The notes beneath the pieces are model-generated. The model ran no database searches. It was not told where the DNA came from and saw only the letters and a program-made list of their open reading frames with translations. A stretch of 64,000 nucleotides of DNA from an uncultured bacterium (GTDB lineage Bacteria; Planctomycetota; UBA8108; UBA1146), in assembly GCA_937876125.1 (NCBI GenBank), contig CALEHF010000263.1, forward strand, positions 3,025 to 67,024. Reading direction: 5' to 3'. The translations under genes and the position numbers were made by a program. Of the stretch, positions 1-8,877 are shown in pieces; position 1 is the first letter of the stretch; the number at the start of each line of letters is the position of its first letter.

Positions 1-138
1 GCGCCGCCCCGATCGCCCGAGCCGCTTTCAGAGCTTCGCCCGCTTTTCGTTCGGCCCGCCGCTCGAGGAGATCGAGCGGGGACTCGCGAGCTTGGGGCGG
101 GTGATCGCGAAGGATCGATAGCGGCAGGAGGACCAGGC

Positions 139-2313
139 CTAGGTCGCAGGCCGCAAGCTCATCCGCCACGCCCGGTGCACCCGCCGATCTCCGATATCCG
201 GCGGAATCGACCCCGGCGTGATCTCTTCTGCGAGCCACCCCGCCAGCTTCGCCATGTCGAGTTTGAACCGACGGAAGTTGGTCGAAAAGTACACGACGCC
301 ATCCGCGGCGAGGAGCGGGCGCAGGCGCTCGAACAATTCGAGGTAGTCCCTCTGCACATCCCAGATATGGGTCCCGCCGTGGCGGTTCGAGTGGGTCGGC
401 GGATCGACGACCACGATGTCGTAGCTCTCCTCCACCGCATGCGTGCGGAGGAACTCGAGCGCATCCGCACGAACCCACCGGTGCGCCTCACCCGCGAATT
501 CGTTCAACGCCAAGTTCTCGCGCGCCCAGTCCAGATAGGTCTGGGAAGTATCCACCGAGGTGGTCTCTTTCGCATTCCCCGCGATCGCCGCGACGGTGAA
601 CGCTCCCGTGTAGCAGAAGAGGTTGAGCAGGCGCTTGCCCGAGATCGCCTTCCGCACCAAATCGCGCGTGTCGCGATGATCGAGAAAGATGCCAGTGTCG
701 ACGTAGTCGGAGAGATTCGCGATCAACTGGAATCCACCCTCAGAGACGAGCGTTCTCGCACCCTCCCGCGCCTGCACTTCATGCTGCATGCCGCGCCCAC
801 GCTTCGCCTTTCGCTTCACGAAGACCCGCATCGGATCGACCCCGAGGGTCTCACCCGCCCGATGGATAAGGCGCGCCTCTCGGACCGGCTCTTGGATCTC
901 ATCCGGCGGATAGATCGTGATGTGGAGGGCATCCGCGTAGCGATCGACCACCATCGGGACCGAGGGGAGATCTCGGTCATAGAGGCGGTAGGCATCGGTT
1001 CCATACCGTGTGGGCCAACGCCGACGCAGCCGAGCATTCTCCGCCAAGATTTCGGCGAATGCTCGTTCATCGGGGTCCGTGATCTCGACGAGCGTTGCGT
1101 CCGAGCCCTCCCGCGCACGCAGCGCCGGTGCCGCGGGGGTCGCCCTCGTGCCGGCGAGCGCCTCCGGCTCCGAGATCGCGACGCACCACTCGCTTCCCTC
1201 GAACTCGAAGGTCTTCTTGCGCGCCGGCGTGCGGCCGATCCCCTCGAGGAGGTCTTCTCCCAGGCAGATGACCACATGGCGCGCTCGACGCGCCTTCCGC
1301 AGTCGCTCCGCGAGGCGCTCACGACTCCGCGCCCGTGTTTTCGGCTCGGGGTCGGCGAACAGGTGCACGATTGTCTCAGGCAGATCTGCCACCGAACCGG
1401 TGAGGAAGTCGGATTCGAAGTAGACGTCCAAGGCTTCGTCGCGACGTTCGCGAAAGTCCTCTCGTACGGTTGGATCATCCTCGAATGCGATCACTCGGGT
1501 CGCGGCGAGTTGCGCCGAGGCGGCCCCTTGCTCACTCTCCCCACTCCCAGCGAACGATCGCCAACGCGAGCCAGGGGCAAGCGACCCTCGCGGAGTCCCG
1601 CGCGCAAACACGGTCGCCTCCGCCACGATGGAACTCACTCCACCACCGAAGAGGGCGAGAGAAACTCCGGGCTCGAAACCGGCAAAGCGGAGCGCGAGCG
1701 CGGCGAGCGGATCGCCTTGCTCTCCGCGCTCGAACAGGAGGTCGAGGAGCAGCGCGACCGCCCCCTTGCGCTCATCGATGAGACAGAGGGTGCCGAGGCA
1801 CGTGGGATCTTCATCACTGGCCCGAGCCGCAATCTCGGGGATCGCCCCGAGAAGGTGCTCGGCGGAGGCATCGAGGGTGACCCCACACCCCGCGGGCAGC
1901 TGCTCTGTCCAGGGCACCGCCGCCGCGGCGCTCCGAACCTCATCCTCAGTCCCAGAGGTGATCCGCCACGCGAGCGAGGTCAGCGTTCGAGCGCGCGCGA
2001 AGACCTTCCCGATCGCCGAGGCGTCGGCGTGGAACCGAACCTGGGCAGGGCCGTGGATACGCGCGCGCGCACCGAGTTCGGTGAGTTCGCGCACTGCGAG
2101 AGATTCGCCTCCGACGGAAACCGTCGCGAGAAACAGCCACTCCGTCGGGCGCGGAGCTACGACAGCGGCTGCGGCGGGAGAGCCTTCAGTTCCGGCAGCG
2201 GGGTCTGTGCCCGCGACGGGGACTCCTTCGGACCCGTGCTCAGGGAGAGCCGCGCACTCCGGCTGGACCGTTGCGTCTTCTCGCCGCGCACGTTTGCGCC
2301 CTTGTTTGCTCAT
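139..2313 (-). CDS. 23S rRNA methyltransferase, RlmK (m7G2069)-type C-terminal SAM-MTase domain with atypical Arg/Ala-rich N-terminal region
   Basis: C-terminal region LLNLFCYTGAFTV...TSVDTSQTYLDWARENL...DIVVVDPPTHSNRHG closely matches the RlmK half of E. coli RlmKL (DPPTFSNS motif). ORF track start 2382 overlaps upstream gene; ATG at 2313 overlaps upstream TGA as ATGA. Confidence 0.7.
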   Translation of the reverse strand: MSKQGRKRARREDATVQPECAALPEHGSEGVPVAGTDPAAGTEGSPAAAAVVAPRPTEWLFLATVSVGGESLAVRELTELGARARIHGPAQVRFHADASAIGKVFARARTLTSLAWRITSGTEDEVRSAAAAVPWTEQLPAGCGVTLDASAEHLLGAIPEIAARASDEDPTCLGTLCLIDERKGAVALLLDLLFERGEQGDPLAALALRFAGFEPGVSLALFGGGVSSIVAEATVFARGTPRGSLAPGSRWRSFAGSGESEQGAASAQLAATRVIAFEDDPTVREDFRERRDEALDVYFESDFLTGSVADLPETIVHLFADPEPKTRARSRERLAERLRKARRARHVVICLGEDLLEGIGRTPARKKTFEFEGSEWCVAISEPEALAGTRATPAAPALRAREGSDATLVEITDPDERAFAEILAENARLRRRWPTRYGTDAYRLYDRDLPSVPMVVDRYADALHITIYPPDEIQEPVREARLIHRAGETLGVDPMRVFVKRKAKRGRGMQHEVQAREGARTLVSEGGFQLIANLSDYVDTGIFLDHRDTRDLVRKAISGKRLLNLFCYTGAFTVAAIAGNAKETTSVDTSQTYLDWARENLALNEFAGEAHRWVRADALEFLRTHAVEESYDIVVVDPPTHSNRHGGTHIWDVQRDYLELFERLRPLLAADGVVYFSTNFRRFKLDMAKLAGWLAEEITPGSIPPDIGDRRVHRAWRMSLRPAT

Positions 2314-3293
2314 GGTGTTCTCGTCTCCCGTCGCAGGCGCGCGACGAGTTTCTTCATGTCGCCGGGGAACGGCGCCACGCATTCGAGCGCGGAACCCAGG
2401 CGCGGATGTTCGAATCGAAGCCGCTCCGCATGCAGCGCCTGCCGGGGAAATTTGATCGGCTCGCCCACGCGTTTCGTCGTATAGAGCCGCTCGCCGACCA
2501 ATGGATGACCGCGCAGCGACGCTTGGATACGGATCTGATTGCGCTTGCCCGTCACGAGTTCGACCGCGAGAAGAGTTGCCCGATCACCAAACCGTTCGAC
2601 GACGCGGTAGCGGCTGATCGCCTCGACCCCGTCCTCACCCACCCGTGCGCGCCGCTGGACATGGGTTTTTTCATCGGCGAAGAGGCTGTCCTCCCACGTC
2701 CCCGAGTCTTCGACGACCAAGCCGTTCACGACGGCTCGGTAGCTGCGCTCTGGAAGTCGCCGGTAGAACTGGTCGCGGAGCTTTTCCTGCGCTTCGGTGC
2801 TGCGCGCGACAACGACCAGCCCCGTCGTCCAGCGATCGATGCGATGCACAATGAACAAGCGTCGACGCTGCTTTTGGTCCAGGGCGACTTCGAGCCGGGC
2901 CAGCACGGTGTCGTCTTGCCCCTCCGCACCATTGCGCGGCACCGTGAGCAGGCCCGCGGGCTTGTCGACCACGATCAAATCTTCGTCTTCATGAATGATC
3001 TGCATTTCACCGAGCACGCTTCGCGCCGCGCCGCCCGCGGCAAGGCCGGTCGGCTTGGCGGATCCGGGACGATCGAGCCAGATCCGAACCCGCTCTCCCT
3101 CCTTGAGAATTCGCCCCCCGTCGCGCACGCCCTGAAGAGCGTCGTTGACGAAGATCTTGCCCCGTTCGAGGGCCGTAGCGGCGCGCTTCCGTGACCCGAG
3201 GCGCTCGTGGGCCGCGAGCCACTTGTCGAGGCGCTCTCCGGCAGCACTGGCGTCGATCAGTTGCGTCTCGCGGTCGTGGGGGTCGGTATTCAT
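2310..3293 (-). CDS. RluA-family 23S rRNA pseudouridine synthase (RluC/RluD-like, N-terminal S4 domain)
   Basis: S4-like N-terminus (LDKWLAAH..RKRAATALERGKIFVND) and catalytic motif HRIDRWTTGLVVVARS (HRLDxxTSGL). Stop overlaps start of downstream methyltransferase. Confidence 0.8.
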   Translation of the reverse strand: MNTDPHDRETQLIDASAAGERLDKWLAAHERLGSRKRAATALERGKIFVNDALQGVRDGGRILKEGERVRIWLDRPGSAKPTGLAAGGAARSVLGEMQIIHEDEDLIVVDKPAGLLTVPRNGAEGQDDTVLARLEVALDQKQRRRLFIVHRIDRWTTGLVVVARSTEAQEKLRDQFYRRLPERSYRAVVNGLVVEDSGTWEDSLFADEKTHVQRRARVGEDGVEAISRYRVVERFGDRATLLAVELVTGKRNQIRIQASLRGHPLVGERLYTTKRVGEPIKFPRQALHAERLRFEHPRLGSALECVAPFPGDMKKLVARLRRETRTP

Positions 3294-3561
3294 CGGGACT
3301 CATCAGCAAGAAGGGACAGAGAAGACGCCCCCCGGACCATCCGAAGGAGGGGCGAGTATACAGAGCTCGACGCGCCGCGGCCTCGATCCGTGCGGTTCGA
3401 TACTGATTACCGGAAGTTGAAGAAAAATGTCCACACACCCTCCGTTCAGATCGCTGCCCCTTTGGGCCGACAATGACAAGACAGTGCCGGTCGTTCCGAG
3501 TCACTGTTGAGGGACACTCAATCTCGAGGACCAGGAACCCCAACCGGGAGAGAATGTAGGA

Positions 3562-6303
3562 ATGCGCAGCATCCGTCTCCTCATCCCGGTCCTGCTGGCC
3601 TTCGCGGTGGTCTTCGGTCTCGAGATGTACGAGAAGAAACGACGCGATTGCGACCACTGCCTCGAGCAGTTCTGCCGAGAATCGGCCTTGGAGGCGACCG
3701 CCACCGCCCAACGGATCGAGGGACTGTTCGGCCGGGCATACCACGGTATCCGCACCATTTCGCGCCTCCCCGGAGTCCGGCGTCTCTCTGCTGAGACCGG
3801 AACCGAGTTCAAGGGCGGGGGGGAGGCATTCGATGAAGATGCTCGCGCGACGGTGCAGGAGATTTACAACGACCTCGCCTCGACCGTGGCGGTCTCAGAG
3901 ATTTACATTGTTCCCGTCGGATTCGATCCCGATCGTGCCGTGGACTCGGGTGAGTCGGAACAGCCGCTCATCACTTTCGACGAGCTGATCGTCGGCCGCA
4001 CGGCCATGGGCGTGGGTCACGAACACGAGCATGACGAGATCGAAGAAATCGAGATCTTCGAGTACCGCCAAATGCGCGAGCAGCTCCTTTGGTTCGAGAC
4101 TTTCTACCCAACCGAATTCGTGGTCCAGGGCATCGACTATCCTGCTCTCCTGAGCGAGGAGGTCATCACTTGTGACAATTCGCGATTCCATCCCGATCAG
4201 CCGAACGATGCCGACCGCGCAGGCTTCGTCTACTCAACCCCCTTTTACGGAGACGATGGCAAACTGCGCGGGATCGTGTCGTGCGTGCTACTCACTCATC
4301 TGATCCGCGATCGTCTTCCGTCGGGAGACCTCGCGGTGATCGCACCCCACCTCGGGCTCGCCGCCTACGCCCACCTCGAGGGTGCAGCTCAACTCTCTCG
4401 AGCAGCTGTTGAACGCGGCCAGCCGGACTCCGCCCTTCCCTACTCCGAAGTCCAAGAGATGAACATCCGTGACGGCCGAGGCGGCTGGGATCTGTGGACG
4501 GGGAAGACCTCGAAGTACTACTTGGAGCATTCCGGTATCGCAGCGATCAAGCGCGCCGCCTTCTGGAACTACCTCGCTCTTGCGCTCACCACGATCTTCT
4601 TGGTGAGCTTGCTCGAGTTCTTCCGACGTCATGAGATGACCGATGAGCGTCGCCGACTCGCCCTCGAGCAGGCGGTCGAAAAGCGTACCCTAGAGCTGCG
4701 GATCGAGAGTGAACGAGCGCTCGCCGCCAACCGAGCGAAGAGTGAGTTCCTGGCCAATATGAGCCACGAGCTGCGTACTCCCCTCAACGGAGTGATCGGA
4801 ATGACCGAACTCCTGGCCCGCACGAACCTCGACGCGCGTCAGTCGGAGTTCGTGGAAACGACGCGCGTGTCGGCAGACGCGCTCCTCTCGCTCATCAACG
4901 ACGTTCTCGACCTTTCCAAGATCGAAGCTGGCAAACTCGACCTCGAGTCCCGCGACTTCGATCTCTCGAGCGTCGTCGAGCAGGTCGTCGACATCGTCGG
5001 CCACCGCGTCCATGCCAAGGGTCTCGAGCTCAGCTACTTCATCGAACCTGACGTCACCCTCGGCGTCCGCGGAGATGCTGGCCGCCTTCAGCAGGTGCTC
5101 CTCAACCTCGTCAACAACGCGATCAAGTTCACAGAGCGGGGAGAAATCTCGATCCTCATCGAATACCTCGAGCGCGAAACTGGCCCTTCTTGGGTGCGCT
5201 TCTCGGTGCGAGATACCGGGATCGGAATCGCACTCGAGAACCAAGATCGCTTGTTCCGTGCCTTCTCCCAGATCGACAGCTCGACAACCCGCAAATACGA
5301 CGGCACCGGGCTCGGCCTGCGCATCTCGAAACGCCTGGTCGCCCGGATGGGCGGGGACATCGGAGTGGAAAGTGAAGCGGGGGTTGGTTCCACCTTCTGG
5401 TTCCAGCTAGGCCTCGACCCCGCCGAGTCGGAGATCGCGCCGCCCGTCGATCCAGCCGCGATCGAAAGTTTGAGCGGCTCTCGCGTACTCGTCGTCGACG
5501 ACAACACGACCAACCGTCGCATCCTGTTCGAGCAACTGTCGAGTTGGGGACTCAGCGTCGAATGTGTCGATGGGCCCGCCGCGGCACTCGATCGACTGCA
5601 CGAGGAGAGCAACGGCGGAGACCCGTTCCAGCTCGGAATTCTCGACATGCAGATGCCGGGGATGAACGGCGAAGAGCTCGGCATCGCGATCAGTCAAGAC
5701 TCGAGCCTCACACAACTGCGACTGATCATGCTCACGTCACTCGGCGATGCTGGAGATTCGGATCGAATCCTGGAACATGGTTTCTCGGCTTACCTCACCA
5801 AGCCGGTCAAGAGTTCACGGCTTCTAGAAACGCTGGTAAAAGTACTCAACGGCGGCGATGGCACTCCCAACCCTGAAGTCGCGCGCGTTGCTCCCGCTCC
5901 GGTTCGCTCGCTCAAGATCCTGCTCGTCGACGACAACGAGATCAACCTGCTCGTCGCCCAGAGCATGCTGGAGAGCCTCGGCCATCGCGTCACCAGTGCA
6001 TTCGACGGCCACTCTGCGCTGATCGAGGTGCGGAGGAGTCGGTTCGATGTCATCTTGATGGACTGCCAAATGCCAGGGATGGACGGCTACGAGGCGACGC
6101 GCATCATTCGCAAGGAAGAGCGGGCGCGGACCGAACCGGAGCCGGTGCCGATCATCGCGCTCACGGCCAATGCGCTCACAGGCGCAAAGGAGGAGTGCCT
6201 CGCCGCAGGGATGACGGGCTATTTGCTGAAGCCGATCGGCATCGATCCCTTGAGTGACGCGATCTTCCAGGCGGTGCATCCGGAGCTCGACTCGCAGACC
6301 TAA
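3562..6303 (+). CDS. Hybrid sensor histidine kinase with periplasmic sensor domain, HisKA, HATPase and two C-terminal receiver domains
   Basis: TM helix at N-terminus, second TM ~aa 320-345. H-box [21 protein letters not shown], HATPase region (VRDTGIGI...GTGLGL). Two REC domains ([14 protein letters not shown]...[11 protein letters not shown]; [13 protein letters not shown]...[12 protein letters not shown]). GGAG-like RBS upstream. Confidence 0.85.
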   Translation: MRSIRLLIPVLLAFAVVFGLEMYEKKRRDCDHCLEQFCRESALEATATAQRIEGLFGRAYHGIRTISRLPGVRRLSAETGTEFKGGGEAFDEDARATVQEIYNDLASTVAVSEIYIVPVGFDPDRAVDSGESEQPLITFDELIVGRTAMGVGHEHEHDEIEEIEIFEYRQMREQLLWFETFYPTEFVVQGIDYPALLSEEVITCDNSRFHPDQPNDADRAGFVYSTPFYGDDGKLRGIVSCVLLTHLIRDRLPSGDLAVIAPHLGLAAYAHLEGAAQLSRAAVERGQPDSALPYSEVQEMNIRDGRGGWDLWTGKTSKYYLEHSGIAAIKRAAFWNYLALALTTIFLVSLLEFFRRHEMTDERRRLALEQAVEKRTLELRIESERALAANRAKSEFLANMSHELRTPLNGVIGMTELLARTNLDARQSEFVETTRVSADALLSLINDVLDLSKIEAGKLDLESRDFDLSSVVEQVVDIVGHRVHAKGLELSYFIEPDVTLGVRGDAGRLQQVLLNLVNNAIKFTERGEISILIEYLERETGPSWVRFSVRDTGIGIALENQDRLFRAFSQIDSSTTRKYDGTGLGLRISKRLVARMGGDIGVESEAGVGSTFWFQLGLDPAESEIAPPVDPAAIESLSGSRVLVVDDNTTNRRILFEQLSSWGLSVECVDGPAAALDRLHEESNGGDPFQLGILDMQMPGMNGEELGIAISQDSSLTQLRLIMLTSLGDAGDSDRILEHGFSAYLTKPVKSSRLLETLVKVLNGGDGTPNPEVARVAPAPVRSLKILLVDDNEINLLVAQSMLESLGHRVTSAFDGHSALIEVRRSRFDVILMDCQMPGMDGYEATRIIRKEERARTEPEPVPIIALTANALTGAKEECLAAGMTGYLLKPIGIDPLSDAIFQAVHPELDSQT

Positions 6304-6321
6304 CCGCCTGCCTGAGTTCCC

Positions 6322-7023
6322 TCAGTCGGGGCTAGCCTCACCCCTGCTCCCCACCCACTCATAACCGCGCCCCACCCTCGTCACGAGCTTGAGCGGCGCG
6401 GACGGGTCGGCTTCGATCTTCCGCCTCAGGTTCATCACGTGATAGTCGACGGTGCGCGCATCACTCGAGCCGGGATCATCCCAAACCGCGAGATGGATCC
6501 GATCGCGCGAGTGCACCTGAGCGGGGTGACGCAGGAAGAATGCGAGCAAGCGCCACTCTGTCTTCGAGAGATCGATCGGTGCTCCTCCACGCCCCACTTT
6601 CTCCGTCTCGAAGTCGATTTCGAGATCACCGACCCGCACGGTCTCGTCGACCGGGATCGCGCGTCTCAAAAGTGCATTGATGCGAGCGGAGAGCTCGTCG
6701 AGGCCAAAGGGCTTCGCCAAGTAGTCGTCCGCACCCGCCTTCAGTCCCTCGACCTTTTGGTCCTCGCGCCCTTTGGCGGACAAGATCAAGACCGGCAACT
6801 TGCGGTCGCGGCGACGCAGCCAGCGGAGCACCGAGAGACCATCGAGCCCGGGAATCATCAGATCGAGGAGGATGAGGTCCGGGGCCCAATCTTCGATGCG
6901 CGCCTGCGCTTCGAGCCCATCGACTGCCGCGGTGACGGTGTGCCCGTCGAGCTCGAGCTTAATGACGAGGCCGGTGCGGATCGCTTCGTCATCCTCGACG
7001 ACCAGTATGCGCGCAATGGTCAC
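6322..7023 (-). CDS. OmpR-family response regulator (REC + winged-helix DNA-binding)
   Basis: ILVVEDDEAIRTGL...LILLDLMIPGLDG...DDYLAKPF receiver; C-terminal winged helix (LSKTEWRLLAFFLRHPAQVHSRDRI). 4-nt overlap with upstream kinase gene. Confidence 0.85.
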   Translation of the reverse strand: MTIARILVVEDDEAIRTGLVIKLELDGHTVTAAVDGLEAQARIEDWAPDLILLDLMIPGLDGLSVLRWLRRRDRKLPVLILSAKGREDQKVEGLKAGADDYLAKPFGLDELSARINALLRRAIPVDETVRVGDLEIDFETEKVGRGGAPIDLSKTEWRLLAFFLRHPAQVHSRDRIHLAVWDDPGSSDARTVDYHVMNLRRKIEADPSAPLKLVTRVGRGYEWVGSRGEASPD

Positions 7024-8876
7024 GGCTTCTCTCCGTTCGGCGTGGCGGCTGGGGCAGATGCGATCCGTAAGGGCAGAGTCAGAGTGAATCGGCTCCCCCC
7101 CCCGGGGCGCGGCGAGTGGTCGAGGGAGCCGCCGAGGCGCTCTGCGAAGTTGCGTGAGATCGAGAGCCCGAGCCCCGTCCCCGACACCGAGAAGTCATCG
7201 TAACGCGCCCGATAGAACGGCTCGAAGATCCGAGCGCTCTGCCCGCTCGGCACGCCGGGGCCATCGTCTTCGACCACCACCTGCGCACTCTCGGCCTCCC
7301 CCAGGACGGTGACCGAGACCTTCGGTCCCTCTGGGCAGCCGGGACGCGTCCCGTACTTCAGCGCATTGTCGATGAGATTCTCGACGATGCGTTCGAGCGC
7401 GTCGCGGTTCGTCTCGACGGTCGCGACAGCGCCGCGGCAATCGAGTGAGAGCTCACCGTGGACCTCCGCGACCCGTGGCAGGAAGTGCCCCACAACCTCC
7501 TCGACCACACTCGGGAGCGCGAGGGACGACTGGGGGAGCGGCATGCGGTCCCGTTCCGATCGTGCGGTTTCGAGGATCTCCTCGATCCGCGTCCCGAGTC
7601 GCTGCGACTCGCGCATGATCAGCTTTCCGAACTCGCGCACGCGCTCCGGGGGCAGCGCTCCTTGTTCGAGCAGCTCACCGAGCATCCGGATCGAGGTGAC
7701 CGGGGTCTTCAATTCGTGGGAGACGTTCGCGAGAAGTCGCATGCGCAGCGCGGCAAGACGCCGCTGTCGATCGATCGCGAACCAGGTCGCGAGCACCGCG
7801 ATGCCGACGATCACAAGTACGGAGAGAAGCAACCAGCGCAGGCGTGCTGCGCGCACCTCGATCGCTTGGAGGCGCGCGGGCAGTTCGGGATCGTCGAGGA
7901 GAACGGACGCGACCGGCGTGCCTTCGACGTTGAGGAAGGGCTCCTCGGTCGGAGTGGAGAACTCGGCGACGAGGGGAAGCGCGGGGCGGGGGAGAGACGC
8001 GGCGATCGGTGCCACCGAGATCTCGATCGCTTGCGGATCCTCCTCCGCACGGCGGGGAAGGAGGAGCAGACCATCGACGAGTGTGGGCTCCCCCCGCCCG
8101 AGCCGTTCCGCGACGGCGGTGATGGCGAACGCCTCTCGTTGCCGCTCCGTGATCTCGGTCGTGAGGCGTGGATCGTCGATCCAGCCGGGCCGGCCCGCGA
8201 ACCGGGTTCCGAGGGCCGAAACCTGACTGGCGGGAAGTGTGTCGAGTCGCCGGAGGAGGTCCGCCGCGGTGACAACTCGCGCGGAGGCCGGAGCCTCTCG
8301 ATCGACCGGGATCGCCAAGAGTGCGAGCAGGTCGACTGGCAATTCTGTTCCGATCGATCCGGTGTCTTCCACCGAGAGCTGATCCAAAGTGGCGACCCCC
8401 CACGCCCGCATCGCATCGGTCTCGAGCGCGGTGATCGCCGCCCGGAGGCGCAACTGTGCGCGGGCGCGTGGGTCTTCGATCTTCGCGAGGAGGAAGGTGT
8501 AGGCATCGATGGCGCGGAGCGGCTCCCCCGCGACCGCGAGGCGATCTCCGCTGGCAAGAGCATGTTCGAACCGGGACCGATCTTCGGCGGCGAGCTCTTT
8601 CGGCGGAGACGGAAAGACCCTGACCTCTTCGAACCCGGCTCCCTGCGCGACAAGAAAGTGTCGCCGGCCGGCGCTCCCGTCGCGCAAACTCCGCGCGACG
8701 CTCGCGAGCACCGCCTCTCCCCCCAGAGCGAGGGCCCGCGCCTCGTCAACCAGGCCTGTGCGCGCTTCCTCGAGGAGAGCGTCGCGATCACGCGACACCC
8801 ATCCGCTGCCGAGGAGTGCCATGCAGCCGAGGCCGGTGACGACGACGAGGATCGGAAAGAGGCGGCGAAGGAACAC
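7020..8876 (-). CDS. Sensor histidine kinase (cognate of adjacent OmpR-type regulator)
   Basis: N-terminal TM, large periplasmic region, second TM. H-box LLANVSHELKTPVTSIRMLGELL; HATPase (VEDDGPGVP...GTGLGLSI). Confidence 0.85.
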   Translation of the reverse strand: MFLRRLFPILVVVTGLGCMALLGSGWVSRDRDALLEEARTGLVDEARALALGGEAVLASVARSLRDGSAGRRHFLVAQGAGFEEVRVFPSPPKELAAEDRSRFEHALASGDRLAVAGEPLRAIDAYTFLLAKIEDPRARAQLRLRAAITALETDAMRAWGVATLDQLSVEDTGSIGTELPVDLLALLAIPVDREAPASARVVTAADLLRRLDTLPASQVSALGTRFAGRPGWIDDPRLTTEITERQREAFAITAVAERLGRGEPTLVDGLLLLPRRAEEDPQAIEISVAPIAASLPRPALPLVAEFSTPTEEPFLNVEGTPVASVLLDDPELPARLQAIEVRAARLRWLLLSVLVIVGIAVLATWFAIDRQRRLAALRMRLLANVSHELKTPVTSIRMLGELLEQGALPPERVREFGKLIMRESQRLGTRIEEILETARSERDRMPLPQSSLALPSVVEEVVGHFLPRVAEVHGELSLDCRGAVATVETNRDALERIVENLIDNALKYGTRPGCPEGPKVSVTVLGEAESAQVVVEDDGPGVPSGQSARIFEPFYRARYDDFSVSGTGLGLSISRNFAERLGGSLDHSPRPGGGSRFTLTLPLRIASAPAATPNGEKP

Positions 8877-8877
8877 C

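Noticed and set aside
175-2484. Very long antisense ORFs opposite confidently assigned genes (e.g. 175..2484, 2271..3194, 7458..8984, 16990..18030, 18932..20095, 25397..27514, 27524..28690, 33017..35065, 36347..37192, 41625..42338, 47696..48907, 56978..58402, 58234..59145, 60196..61947)
   Set aside because: Expected by-product of ~68-70% GC. Translations are Arg/Pro/Gly-rich with no family signatures, and each lies opposite a gene with strong homology.
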